Positions 17,929 to 27,410 of a stretch of 64,000 bases of DNA are shown here, piece after piece. Location: positions 29,756 through 93,755 of the forward strand of contig CAZXMO010000003.1 in assembly GCA_964641125.1 (NCBI GenBank). Direction: 5' to 3'. The notes under the pieces are model-generated. The model worked only from the letters and a program-made list of their open reading frames with translations, was not told the DNA's origin and searched no databases. This stretch comes from an uncultured Spirochaetales bacterium. Its GTDB lineage: Bacteria; Spirochaetota; Spirochaetia; SPDA01; CAZSGZ01. Position 1 is the stretch's first letter; every line of letters begins with the position of its first letter. The position numbers were made by a program, and so were the translations under genes.

Positions 17929-19014
17929 TTAGAACTCAGGGACCGGAAAACTCAGTTCTCCGTTTCGCATCTTCTTTACGACCACCGACATCTCTTCCCG
18001 AACCGACTCGGGAACGGTTTCCCTATAGATAGCGCTGTCGTCGGCAAAGTCGACGTATCCCCCCTCGGTGTCCAGCACATCGGCACTCCCCCATGAGACG
18101 TCTCCTTCGATCGCCCTCTTGACGGTCTCGTAGGTCGCCCTGTCCTGATAGAGGACGCCGCAGCCGACGATAGTCCCCGGGGCGATGTCGTATTCCTCGG
18201 CATCGAAGTACAGGACATACTTGTTCCGTTCCTGCGCCGCCTTGATGGTACCCTGATTTGCTCCCCCGGCAATGGTCAATATTATGTCCACTCCCGCGTC
18301 GAACATGCTGTTCGCCAGGTCGGAGGCCTTGTTCGCGTCGTACCAGTTACCGATGACCCGGTAGTCTACGGTAATTCCCGGGTCGACCGCTTCGAAGCCC
18401 ATCTTGTATCCGGGGCGCATCATCTTAAGCAGTGCGGGATACTCCTGGGCTACGATCATTCCGACCTTGAGGTCCCCGTTGGCTCCCTCCATGTCGCTTG
18501 TGGTAACCAGTCCGCCCATGTACCCCATGAAGTAGGCCTGTTCCACCTGGTTGTACATGACCGTGTACATTTGAGGATTTCCCTCCATGTAGGCGTCCAT
18601 GATGATGAACTTTTGGTCGGTGAAGGCTTCCATGACCTCCATGGCGACGAAGGGCATCGCGGGATTCGATGAAAGGATAAACTCGTACTCTCCGGTCGCG
18701 GCTAGGGACGTGAGTTTTTCGCCCCATTCGGCCTGGTTGAATCCCCCTTCCACGACCTTGACCGTTACATGGTCGTATTCAGAAGCGGCCCTTTCGGCTC
18801 CCGATACCAGCTCCTCGTACAAGGGGCTTCCCGCGACGACCCCGGGGACGAAGATGCCTATGTCTACCGGTTCCATCTTTTCGGCGGTCTCCGCCTTTTC
18901 CTCGGTCTTCATGCTCTGCTCGGGTTCTTCCTGGCCCCCACCGGCAAAGGCAAGGGGAGTAAGGAAGCACAGGACCACGAGAACCGTAATCACAATACGC
19001 ACACTCTTTTTCAT
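17929..19014 (-). CDS. BMP-family (basic membrane protein / PnrA-like) ABC substrate-binding lipoprotein
   Basis: Signal peptide with a possible lipobox Cys (VLVVLCF). Mature domain matches the BMP pattern (…IFVPGVVAGSPLYE…, …TIAGGANQG…). Confidence 0.75.
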   Translation of the reverse strand: MKKSVRIVITVLVVLCFLTPLAFAGGGQEEPEQSMKTEEKAETAEKMEPVDIGIFVPGVVAGSPLYEELVSGAERAASEYDHVTVKVVEGGFNQAEWGEKLTSLAATGEYEFILSSNPAMPFVAMEVMEAFTDQKFIIMDAYMEGNPQMYTVMYNQVEQAYFMGYMGGLVTTSDMEGANGDLKVGMIVAQEYPALLKMMRPGYKMGFEAVDPGITVDYRVIGNWYDANKASDLANSMFDAGVDIILTIAGGANQGTIKAAQERNKYVLYFDAEEYDIAPGTIVGCGVLYQDRATYETVKRAIEGDVSWGSADVLDTEGGYVDFADDSAIYRETVPESVREEMSVVVKKMRNGELSFPVPEF

Positions 19015-19059
19015 GATACACTCCTTTGAAAATATTCCGGCGGTTTCAACGAAACCGCG

Positions 19060-20238
19060 TTATCGGTAATAATTCTGTTCTATCGCATCGCTCGGACACA
19101 CGCTGACGCAGAGTCCGCACCCGATGCATCGTTCAGCCCTTACACGGGCCTTCTCTTCCATGATTATCGCCTCGTACGCGCAGGCCCGGACGCACCGTCC
19201 GCAGGCGATGCACGCCTCGGGGGCTATCACCGCGGGCACCGGTTCGGTTACCGCCTGCATCCCCCGTTGTTTTCTCCGTTTTATCCTGCGGATAGTGAGG
19301 CCCCGGATCTCATCGAGACTCCCGTACCCGTACTTTTCGAGGATTGCCGGGATTTTTTCGATTATCCGGCTGTAGGCGTCCTCTCCCGCGATATGGCCCG
19401 CCGTGCACACTCCGACTAGGGTCGCCCCGGCCATGACGTAACGAATTACGTCCTCCGCGGAAGAGGCGCCTCCGATTCCGATGACCGGCAGGTCCACGGT
19501 CATAGCCGCCTCGAGGACCATCCTCAAGGTTATGGGCATAATGGCCGCTCCGGTCAGGCCTCCAACGCCCCGGGGCCCCCCTAACGCCGGCTCACCGGTC
19601 CGTATGTCTATGGATAGAGCGGGGCCCAATGCATCCGAGCATGCTATCCCGTCGGCCCCCGCCTCGCTGACTCCTTCCGCCCATTGCCTGACGATGTTGA
19701 AAAAGGTCCCCGAAAGCTTGACGACTATGGGGATATCCACCGCCCGCTTCATGAGACGGACCGATTCCTTCATAGGGGTGAGGTCGGTCAGCTTCGGCTC
19801 GGGAAACGGCATGTCAGGATACATGGCGCACAGGATTTCACCCATGTGAGGGCAATGGGTGGGGAGCATGATCATCTCGGCTCCGGCCGATTCCGCCTTT
19901 GCCGCGAGATCCGCCGCCTCTTCGGGAGTAAAACCCGCGAGGTTCGCGATGACCCGGGACCTCCCCTCCCGGGCCCGGGAGATCCCCTCGGAAAACCAAT
20001 ATTCCGCAGTCTTGTCGCTTCCGAACACCGAGTTGACCATTCCGGAAGGAACGGCTGAAAAACAGGGAAGCACGTCGGTTGCCGGTTGGGATACAATGGT
20101 CTTGGTACAGATCCCCGCGACTCCCGATTCTCCCGTCGCCCGCATGACGTCCCCGTCCCGGCCGTGTACCCCCGCGGGTACGATGACCGGGTTTTTAAAC
20201 TCGATTCCGCAGAAATTCGTCTTCAGATCACTACCCAT
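19060..20238 (-). CDS. Dihydroorotate/dihydropyrimidine dehydrogenase-family flavoprotein with C-terminal 2x[4Fe-4S] domain (PreA-like)
   Basis: N-terminal GIEFKNPVIVPAG (DHOD/DHPD TIM barrel). The C-terminus has CIACGRCVRAC…CIGCGLCVSVCP. Confidence 0.7.
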   Translation of the reverse strand: MGSDLKTNFCGIEFKNPVIVPAGVHGRDGDVMRATGESGVAGICTKTIVSQPATDVLPCFSAVPSGMVNSVFGSDKTAEYWFSEGISRAREGRSRVIANLAGFTPEEAADLAAKAESAGAEMIMLPTHCPHMGEILCAMYPDMPFPEPKLTDLTPMKESVRLMKRAVDIPIVVKLSGTFFNIVRQWAEGVSEAGADGIACSDALGPALSIDIRTGEPALGGPRGVGGLTGAAIMPITLRMVLEAAMTVDLPVIGIGGASSAEDVIRYVMAGATLVGVCTAGHIAGEDAYSRIIEKIPAILEKYGYGSLDEIRGLTIRRIKRRKQRGMQAVTEPVPAVIAPEACIACGRCVRACAYEAIIMEEKARVRAERCIGCGLCVSVCPSDAIEQNYYR

Positions 20239-21664
20239 TCGTCACCTCGATTCCGTTTCGACCCCACAGTTTTCGTGCCTCTTCGCTACAGCACAATCTC
20301 ATCTCTTCCTCGTCCACCCGGACGGCCCGGCCTCCCTCGACGAGCTTTTCTCCCGCGACGAAGACGGTGTCCACGTTCCGGCCCTGAAAGGTCATTGTGA
20401 GGTATGATATAACCGAAACCGGCGTCACCGGAACGGGTGAATCCGGCTTGATGATGATCAGATCGGCCTGTTTTCCCGCCGCCAGGCTTCCTACCGCATT
20501 TTCCATCCCCAGTGCCCTCGCCCCATGAGAGAGGGCCAGATCGACCGCCTGAAAGGGGGGAAGAACCGCCGGGTCCGCCCGATGCGCCTTGTGGAGGAGA
20601 TAGGCGTACCGAATGTATTCGGCTGTGTCTAACGTAAAGAAGCAGTCGTGTCCCAACGAGACGTTTATGTTCCGTTCCATCATTTCCGGAACCCTCGCCA
20701 CCCCGTTTCCGCCCAAGGAATTGGTCATCGGGGTGTGGGCGACGTTGACTTCGTTCCGGGCCAAGATATCCAGGTCCTCATCGGACAGATCGATGCAGTG
20801 GGCCGCCACCACATCCGGTCCTAATAGCCCGCATTCTTCGAGGAGGGCGGGGGCCGATTTTCCATATTTCTCCACCAGGAAGGTTCGGGGAATTTCCGCG
20901 ATGTGAATCTGCATTCCCAAGGAAAATCGGTCGGCCAATTCCCGGGCGCGCCGCAGGGTTTCGGGGGAATTCGTATACGCGGTATGGACTCCCATTCTCA
21001 CCGTGACCCGTTCCCCCCCCGGGAAGCTCCCCTCCTTTGCAAGCCGGCTGGAGATGAGATCCGCCGCTTTCAAGTTTTCTTCGAAACCCTTCTCCGCCAT
21101 ACCGGGGTCGAGCTTTTCGTTGATCGAAATACCGGGGATACGTTCGGTCACCTCATATCCTATTTGGGCCCGCAGACCGATCTCCCGAACCGCGGTAAGG
21201 GAAGCCTGGAGGGGGCTCTCGAACCGCCCGTCGCCGTTCAAACCGTTCGGCGCCTCCACGAGCTCGCAGACGGTGGTGGTCCCGTGTTTGAGCATCTTCA
21301 TTCCGGCGTAGCGGGTTGCGGCGTAAATGCCCTCGCAGGTGGTTATATCCTCGAGCCATTCCCACCCCATCTTCTGGAGCATGTCCCAAAAGCTCTTAAG
21401 CCGGGTCACGTCCACCGGCTGATTGTGTCCAAGAACGTAGGGCATGTGGGTGTGGGTAATGATGAAACCCGGCATAATTATACCCCCCGCGGCATCCACC
21501 GTCTCTGACGCTTCGGGGTGCGCGGAAAGAACATCCCTTTCCGGTCCCACCGCGACGATTCTGCCGTCTTCCACCGCCACCGCACCTGGAGAAAATATTT
21601 CTCCACGAAGCAGATCGGGCTCGCAGGTCAGAACCAGTCCGTTCTTCAGTATCGTATCAGCCAT
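20231..21664 (-). CDS. Amidohydrolase-superfamily enzyme, SsnA / chlorohydrolase-aminohydrolase-like
   Basis: IMPGFIITHTHMP metal-binding HxH motif and HIAE…, 477 aa. It directly follows and overlaps the Mo-hydroxylase large subunit, as ssnA does beside xdhD-type genes in E. coli. Confidence 0.6.
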   Translation of the reverse strand: MADTILKNGLVLTCEPDLLRGEIFSPGAVAVEDGRIVAVGPERDVLSAHPEASETVDAAGGIIMPGFIITHTHMPYVLGHNQPVDVTRLKSFWDMLQKMGWEWLEDITTCEGIYAATRYAGMKMLKHGTTTVCELVEAPNGLNGDGRFESPLQASLTAVREIGLRAQIGYEVTERIPGISINEKLDPGMAEKGFEENLKAADLISSRLAKEGSFPGGERVTVRMGVHTAYTNSPETLRRARELADRFSLGMQIHIAEIPRTFLVEKYGKSAPALLEECGLLGPDVVAAHCIDLSDEDLDILARNEVNVAHTPMTNSLGGNGVARVPEMMERNINVSLGHDCFFTLDTAEYIRYAYLLHKAHRADPAVLPPFQAVDLALSHGARALGMENAVGSLAAGKQADLIIIKPDSPVPVTPVSVISYLTMTFQGRNVDTVFVAGEKLVEGGRAVRVDEEEMRLCCSEEARKLWGRNGIEVTNG

Positions 21665-23966
21665 CGGTACCTCCTTGACGGTCCTTCTCCTCTAAAGCTC
21701 GGAGTATATCCTGCCTGGTAATCGGCAGCTTCGTAAAGCGTATCCCCGTTGCTGCGGCCACCGCATTGGCGAAGGCCGCAACGGTCCCCGCCACCGGGGG
21801 TTCGCCGATTCCCTTCGCGCCGAAGGGACCGCTCGGGTTGGCCTCCTCCACGGCGATCGGCTCGGTGTCGATTCGGTCGAGCATAGTGGGCACGGCGTAA
21901 TCCGCGAAATTACTATTCAACACCGTTCCGGCGGAATATTCGATCTTTTCCATATGGGCGAGGCCGAAGCCGATGAGGGAGGCCCCCTGCACCTGCCCCT
22001 CGAAACCGAGGGGGTTTATGACCTTTCCCACATCGTGACACGCGGCGTGTCTCAGCACCTTGACCTTACCGGTATACCTGTCGATCCGGACGTCCATACG
22101 GTGGGTCCCGAAGTTATAGGCGATATAGATATTCCCCTGATGAGTTTCGTGATCGTAATCCGCTGCGGGAGCCTGAGAAAACTCGAGATGCATGAGGGGA
22201 AATCCTGTCCAGTATGCGGCGGTCGCCGCCTCAGACAGGGGGATTACGGTATTTTTATCCCCTTCGATGCGTACGGTATTTTCCCCTATCCTTATCGATT
22301 CCTGATCGGCGCCGGTCATGAGGGAGACCATTTTTTCGAGACTCTCCCTGACCGCCCTAGCCGCCTTTTCCACGGCCTTTCCCCCGACGGTGGTGCTCCG
22401 GGATGCCACGGTGGGGCCCGAATCGTGGACTCCGTCGGTATCGACGAGCTTGACGGTTACCCTGTCCACGGTCACCCCCAGGATTTCCGCGGCAACTTGC
22501 GCATATACGGTCTTAGCACCCTGTCCGAGCTCGGTAAGACCTACTCCGACTAAGACGCTTCCGTCCTGACTCATCTGGACCGAAGCCCCCACAACATCGA
22601 CCCCCTCGGCGCCGTTGGATATCCCCTGGAGAAGACACGAGTAGCCGGTCCCCCGGAGATACCGCCCGCCGGATCCGGCGGTCTCGGTCTCTTCATTTAT
22701 AGGAGGGAGTTCGATTTCGGCAATTCGATCGATTGTCTGGATGAGCCCCACAGATTCGTCGAAGACTTGACTGGTCGCGGTGGCGTCGCCGGGTTTGAGT
22801 CCGTTTTTTCTTCTGAACTTTAGCTTGTCCATACCGATCTTTTCCGCCGCCTCGTCCATCTGTGATTCCGAGGCGAATGTAACCTGGGGGACCCCGAACC
22901 CCCTGAAGGCGCCGCAGTAGGTCTTATTGGTATACACTGTAGTCGCCTCGACGAAGACATTGTCGATAGTGTAAGGACCGGCGGCATGGATGAGTCCCTT
23001 CATGGTGACGAAGGGACTCTCCGAGGCGTAGGCTCCTCCGTCGAGGAGGACGTATATCTTCCGGGCTGTGACCGTTCCGTCCTTCTTCACACCGGTGGCA
23101 ATCCTGATTCGCGACGCGTGCCTGAAGTTCGAGCCTATCACCGACTCCTCCCGGGTATGCTCGATCATTACCGGCCGTCCCGTTATCACGGCGGCGGTCG
23201 CCGCGAGGGAGCCGATTTCCGTTGCCACGTCGTCCTTTCCGCCGAAAGACCCGCCGGTAAAGGCCTGGACCACCTTGACCCGGGAAGCCGGATATCCGAT
23301 ATTCGCCGCGACATGTCCCCTGATGTGGAAGGGGGATTGGCAGGAGGCGTATACGGTAATACGCCCGTCGCTCTCGGGGACCGCGCACACCGCCTCCGGC
23401 TCCATGTAGGCGTGCTCCTGGAAGGATGTCTCATACTCTCCCTCCACTACGAAGTCGGCCTCACCCAATCCCTTTTCCGCGTCCCCCTTGGTCAACCGGC
23501 GGGAAAAGGTGACGTTACCGTTTTCGTGGATCTTCCGAGCGTCTTCCGCGAGGGCCTCGTCCACCGTCAGAATCGGTTCGTAGGGCTCGATGACCGATTC
23601 GATCAGCTCCGCCGCCTCCCGGGCACCCCTCCTCGAGTCGGCGACCACCAGGGCCACCGATTCGCCGGCGTAACGTATCTCCCCCTCGGCGAGAATGGGC
23701 TGATCGAAGGGGGGGAGAATTCCTATCAGATTGGGTCCGAGGAGGTCCTTCGCGGTAATTATTTCCACGACTCCTTCCGCCCGGGAGGCGGCCCCGGTTT
23801 TAACCTCCCGGAGGTGTCCCGCGGGAACACCCGCCCGCGCCGCGGCCCCGTGGAGCATACCCGGAAAGCGCATGTCCCCGGTGAACCGTGCCGCTCCGGT
23901 AACGAGCTCGATTCCGTCTACCTTTCTAACCGGTTTTCCGACTGTGCTGTAATTCGACTTATTCAT
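21657..23966 (-). CDS. Xanthine dehydrogenase/aldehyde oxidase-family molybdopterin-binding large subunit
   Basis: 769 aa with the a/b-hammerhead N-terminus (GKPVRKVDGIELVTG), QAFTGGSFGGK, AFRGFGVPQ, and KGIGEPPVAG containing the catalytic Glu. Confidence 0.85.
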   Translation of the reverse strand: MNKSNYSTVGKPVRKVDGIELVTGAARFTGDMRFPGMLHGAAARAGVPAGHLREVKTGAASRAEGVVEIITAKDLLGPNLIGILPPFDQPILAEGEIRYAGESVALVVADSRRGAREAAELIESVIEPYEPILTVDEALAEDARKIHENGNVTFSRRLTKGDAEKGLGEADFVVEGEYETSFQEHAYMEPEAVCAVPESDGRITVYASCQSPFHIRGHVAANIGYPASRVKVVQAFTGGSFGGKDDVATEIGSLAATAAVITGRPVMIEHTREESVIGSNFRHASRIRIATGVKKDGTVTARKIYVLLDGGAYASESPFVTMKGLIHAAGPYTIDNVFVEATTVYTNKTYCGAFRGFGVPQVTFASESQMDEAAEKIGMDKLKFRRKNGLKPGDATATSQVFDESVGLIQTIDRIAEIELPPINEETETAGSGGRYLRGTGYSCLLQGISNGAEGVDVVGASVQMSQDGSVLVGVGLTELGQGAKTVYAQVAAEILGVTVDRVTVKLVDTDGVHDSGPTVASRSTTVGGKAVEKAARAVRESLEKMVSLMTGADQESIRIGENTVRIEGDKNTVIPLSEAATAAYWTGFPLMHLEFSQAPAADYDHETHQGNIYIAYNFGTHRMDVRIDRYTGKVKVLRHAACHDVGKVINPLGFEGQVQGASLIGFGLAHMEKIEYSAGTVLNSNFADYAVPTMLDRIDTEPIAVEEANPSGPFGAKGIGEPPVAGTVAAFANAVAAATGIRFTKLPITRQDILRALEEKDRQGGTDG

Positions 23967-24438
23967 TCCCGTTTCGCTCTATCAGCTCCGCCGCGTGCTC
24001 GACGGCTTCGACTATCTTCGTATACCCGGTGCATCGGCAGAAGTTTCCGCTCAAAGCTTCGGCTATCCTCGTCCGGTCAGGTTTCGGTTCCTCGTCTAAG
24101 AGTGCCTTGGTGCTCAGCACCATCCCCGGCGTGCAGAAGCCGCATTGGACGGCCCCCTTCTCGAGGTAGGCGTCCTGTATGGGATGCAGGCCGCCGTCGT
24201 GCCCGTGAATCCCCTCAATAGTAGTCACCCGGGTGCCGTGGAGCTTGGCCGCGGTCAGGAGACAGCTGTTCACGGTACGTCCGTCGACAATTACCGTGCA
24301 GGCGCCGCACTCTCCCTTCCCGCATCCCTCTTTCGTGCCGGTAAGTCCGAGCCGGTCTCTGAGGATGTCCAGAGCGCGCTCGTCTCCGTTCACCTCGAGG
24401 GTTATCTCTTTTCCGTTGCAGATAAAATCAAGCTTCAT
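23959..24438 (-). CDS. Mo-hydroxylase [2Fe-2S] small subunit
   Basis: EGCGKGECGACTV and CGFCTPG…NFCRCTGY motifs. Start chosen at ATG 24438 (MKLDFICNGK…). Confidence 0.85.
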   Translation of the reverse strand: MKLDFICNGKEITLEVNGDERALDILRDRLGLTGTKEGCGKGECGACTVIVDGRTVNSCLLTAAKLHGTRVTTIEGIHGHDGGLHPIQDAYLEKGAVQCGFCTPGMVLSTKALLDEEPKPDRTRIAEALSGNFCRCTGYTKIVEAVEHAAELIERNGNE

Positions 24439-25297
24439 CGTTGCCCCCTCCCCGCGTGAAGATTTCCGACACCGCATCCGCTACCAGCTGCCCGGTTACC
24501 GATGCCCGGTAATCTCCGGTGGCCCTCACATCGTTTATCGGACGGATGTCCTTTCGCACCGTTTCCGATAGAGTCTCCCGTTCGATTTCCTCGCGCCCTC
24601 GGCCGGTCATGTACTCTTCCGCCGAATAAAGCCTGACCGGTACCGGCGCCACGCTTCCCGCGGCAGCCCGGACCCGTGTTATCCTCAAGTCTCCGTCGAG
24701 TACACTCCACACCGCCGTGTTCACCTGGGATATCGCCTGTCCCTCCCGCTTTCCGATCATCCGGAACGCTGAAATCCCTTCGAGGGATTTCTGAGGCAGT
24801 ACGACCGCGGCGAGGAGCTCCCCAGGCTTGCGTACGGTCATCTTCGGACCGGTGAAGAATTCCTCGGCCTTTATCCTCCGTTCTCCGTCTAGGGATCGGA
24901 GAACGAGCTCCGCTTCGAGACAGACAAGTGGAGCCAAGGTGTCTCCGCAGGGAGACCCGTTGCAGATGTTCCCCCCGAGGGTCGCGAGATTTCGGATCTG
25001 CGGGCTCCCTATAGCCTGAGCCCCCTGCCTGAGGCACGCGGGTATCATCGTTCCGTCCGACTGTGCAATTTCGGCAATGGTGACGCAGGCGCCGATAACG
25101 CAGTCCCCGTCAGTGTATCGGATGTCTCTCAGCTCCTCTAATCCGGTGATATCGAGGAGTCCCGCGGGATCTTTGATCCTGTCCGCCCTCTGGACCATCA
25201 GATCGGTACCGCCCGCGATTATCTCGACACCCTTACCCGCCGCGAGCTCGAGGGCCTCCGCGATGTTGTGTGCTCTATAGTATACCGGTTGCTTCAT
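24428..25297 (-). CDS. Mo-hydroxylase FAD-binding subunit (XdhB/CoxM/YgfM-like)
   Basis: 289 aa with IIAGGTDLMV and ATLGGNICNGSP FAD-binding motifs. Confidence 0.8.
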   Translation of the reverse strand: MKQPVYYRAHNIAEALELAAGKGVEIIAGGTDLMVQRADRIKDPAGLLDITGLEELRDIRYTDGDCVIGACVTIAEIAQSDGTMIPACLRQGAQAIGSPQIRNLATLGGNICNGSPCGDTLAPLVCLEAELVLRSLDGERRIKAEEFFTGPKMTVRKPGELLAAVVLPQKSLEGISAFRMIGKREGQAISQVNTAVWSVLDGDLRITRVRAAAGSVAPVPVRLYSAEEYMTGRGREEIERETLSETVRKDIRPINDVRATGDYRASVTGQLVADAVSEIFTRGGGNDEA

Positions 25298-25304
25298 AGT
25301 TGTC

Positions 25305-25601
25305 TCAGCCGCCTTCCATTCCGGTTGCGATTACATATTCCTCTTCGAACCTGCCTCGCCCCACCGCGGGCGCCTCGAGATGATCGATCCTCTCCAAACC
25401 TCCCGCCTCGTTCCGCCGGAAAACGAGCACTCCGTCGTAGAGATCCCCCTTTTCGAAGAGCCTCAAGCTCCTATACGCCTTCTCCACCTCCCGCAGGGTC
25501 GAGGCTAAGGACATATTTTCCTCCGGGAGCTCTATCACGGTATTCCGTTCTCCCGCGCATGTCCTGATATGACCTACGAACTCGATCCTCACCCGGCTCA
25601 T
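25305..25601 (-). CDS. MoaD/ThiS-family ubiquitin-like small protein (AorD-like)
   Basis: 98 aa running MSRVRIEFVGHI… to …ATGMEGG, with a C-terminal Gly-Gly. The ATG overlaps the AOR stop (ATGA at 25598-25601). The 173-aa track ORF is an N-terminal over-extension into the AOR gene. Confidence 0.7.
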   Translation of the reverse strand: MSRVRIEFVGHIRTCAGERNTVIELPEENMSLASTLREVEKAYRSLRLFEKGDLYDGVLVFRRNEAGGLERIDHLEAPAVGRGRFEEEYVIATGMEGG

Positions 25602-27409
25602 CTCCCTGAAATCTCCAGCTCTCTCAGTTTTTCCCCTCCCGGTACGCCGTCCCGGTCCCATCCGCGGAGACTGTAGTACTCCTCGAGCATTTCCGTAAAT
25701 CGCCCCTTGTCCATAACCGCGGCTTCCGAAACCTCTCCAACGATGGGCTCGAAACACCTCTCGGGAAGCATGTCGTCCTGCTTGGTCAACCCCGCCCGGA
25801 CATTGAACAGCCGCTCCAGATTCCATGTGCGCTCTCCGATTCGGACGAACTCCTCCCAGGACATATCCCGTCCCACCGCCGCCTTCAGATATCTAGGATA
25901 GTAGTCGTGATCGGTGACGAATTCGTGGAACCGGCAGCTTATGAGGGTAAAGATAGCATTGACGGTGTTCTGGATTCCGATGACCATCTCGGCCTTTCCC
26001 TCGTAGCTGTCCATATCGACAGCCCCGATAATCTCGGCACCGATGGGGGCCCTCTTGTGGCAGGCCCCGCGGTTCGATGTGGCAAAGGCGAGTCCGGTTC
26101 CCTTCATCCGCCGGGGCATCCAGGCGGCGAATCCTGAGTTCTTGACCTGCATGGCGAACTCCTTTCCCGCGCCTATTTTTTCCGCGGCTTTAGCGGGCCC
26201 GAGGGCCAGAGTGTCGCCGATACCCTCCCTCTTTCCTATCTTGTGCAAGAGGGCGAGCACGGTCTCCGGTTTTCCGAACTCGAGATCGATACCCGGTTCG
26301 CCGATGAGTCCCCGCTCTCCCATCTCCAGGGCCCAGGCGATGGTTACTCCGACGGTGAGGCTGTCCATACCGTATTCCTCGGTCAGTCTGTTCGCCTCGG
26401 CGAGAACGTCGGGGTCCCGGTTTTCCAGGTTGGACCCCAGGGAGTACATGGTCTCGTACTCGGGCCCCCGGGCCCAGGCGTCTTTTCCGCCGTGATCCTT
26501 GTACCTATGGACCCGCCCGCAGTGAACGGGACAGCTGAAGCAGGAAACCCACTTGGTAGAGAAGTCCTTCTCGTACCGCTGCCCGTCGATGAGATCGGCC
26601 CCCTCGAAAGCCCCTTTTTGATGATTCCGCGTCGGAAGACCGCCCCGGCTCTGGACGAGAGACATCCCCGCTCCGGTCCCGAAACGCGAGAAGAGTCCCA
26701 CGAGATTGTACTCCTCATCGCAGGCGGACATGATGACCGTCATGTTGTCGGCGACGCACCGTGAAAATTCCTTTCGGTCGTAGACGTCGACGGGTACCGA
26801 GCCCCTGATACCGACCCCCTTGATCCTTTTCGATCCGAGGACGGCTCCGGCTCCCCCACGGCCGAAGGTGCGGGTTTCGGAGAATATCGAACCCATGGCC
26901 ACACCCTTTTCTCCGGCCGGGCCGATGGAGAGGGTTCTGTACCCGCTCCCGTAGGTATTTTTTATGTACGTTTCGGTCTCTTCGGTGGAAGTCCCTAAAA
27001 CCGGTGACGCGTCGACGAACCGGACTTCGTCGTTATCGATCAGGATCAGGCTCCACTCGTCGCACCGTCCTTCGAAGATGATTCCGTCGATTCCCGCGAA
27101 CTTGATTTCCGCTCCGAGGAAACCCCCGGCGTAGCAGTTGAGGATGGTCCCCGACAGGGGCGATTTGGTGACGATACACGCCTGAGGGTGCATGGGAGCC
27201 GCGGTCCCGGTAAGAGGACCGACGGTGAGGACGATCTTGTTCGCGGGATCGAGGGGATCGATCCGGGGATCTACTTCGTCGAAGAGGATTTTCGTACCGT
27301 ACCCGATACCGCCGATGTATTCCCGCACTTCCCCGGGCACTTCCCAGGGTGACGCCTTTTTCTCGCCGCACTCGATTCTCAAGATCCGGTCTCTCATACT
27401 GCCCGGCAT
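25598..27409 (-). CDS. Tungsten-type aldehyde:ferredoxin oxidoreductase (AOR family) catalytic subunit
   Basis: N-terminal …ILRIECGEKK…YIGGIGYGTKILFDEV… and the AOR-family central and C-terminal pattern (…CPVHCGR…). Start chosen at ATG 27409, which has an AAGGGGGAA RBS and lies directly after the ferredoxin stop. Confidence 0.8.
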   Translation of the reverse strand: MPGSMRDRILRIECGEKKASPWEVPGEVREYIGGIGYGTKILFDEVDPRIDPLDPANKIVLTVGPLTGTAAPMHPQACIVTKSPLSGTILNCYAGGFLGAEIKFAGIDGIIFEGRCDEWSLILIDNDEVRFVDASPVLGTSTEETETYIKNTYGSGYRTLSIGPAGEKGVAMGSIFSETRTFGRGGAGAVLGSKRIKGVGIRGSVPVDVYDRKEFSRCVADNMTVIMSACDEEYNLVGLFSRFGTGAGMSLVQSRGGLPTRNHQKGAFEGADLIDGQRYEKDFSTKWVSCFSCPVHCGRVHRYKDHGGKDAWARGPEYETMYSLGSNLENRDPDVLAEANRLTEEYGMDSLTVGVTIAWALEMGERGLIGEPGIDLEFGKPETVLALLHKIGKREGIGDTLALGPAKAAEKIGAGKEFAMQVKNSGFAAWMPRRMKGTGLAFATSNRGACHKRAPIGAEIIGAVDMDSYEGKAEMVIGIQNTVNAIFTLISCRFHEFVTDHDYYPRYLKAAVGRDMSWEEFVRIGERTWNLERLFNVRAGLTKQDDMLPERCFEPIVGEVSEAAVMDKGRFTEMLEEYYSLRGWDRDGVPGGEKLRELEISGR

Positions 27410-27410
27410 A

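Noticed and set aside
22986-24221. 411-aa ORF on the + strand, plus similar long antisense or alternative-frame ORFs: 6880..8169 (-), 57265..58392 (+), 35141..35890 (+), 5957..6706 (+), 8180..8833 (+), 28372..29115 (-), 21954..22553 (+).
   Set aside because: Each lies entirely inside, and opposite to or out of frame with, a gene that has strong family motifs (XDH subunits, selA, glyA, carbamoyltransferase, selD, selB, grdCD). Their translations are Arg/Gly/Pro/Ser-rich low-complexity strings, as expected from stop-poor alternative frames in GC-rich DNA. None has an RBS or a recognisable motif.
25305-25826. 173-aa version of the ORF downstream of AOR.
   Set aside because: Its first 75 codons overlap the AOR 3' end in another frame and are Arg/Gly-rich. 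An internal ATG at 25601 gives an ATGA-coupled 98-aa MoaD/ThiS-like protein ending in Gly-Gly. The same logic trims other track ORFs:
- 25598..27508 to a start at 27409
- 36090..37415 to 37232
- 39001..41163 to 41070
- 23959..24477 to 24438
- 53719..54426 to 54381
- 56333..57199 to 56890
- 54414, 55456 and 59228 to starts at 54477, 55570 and 59483
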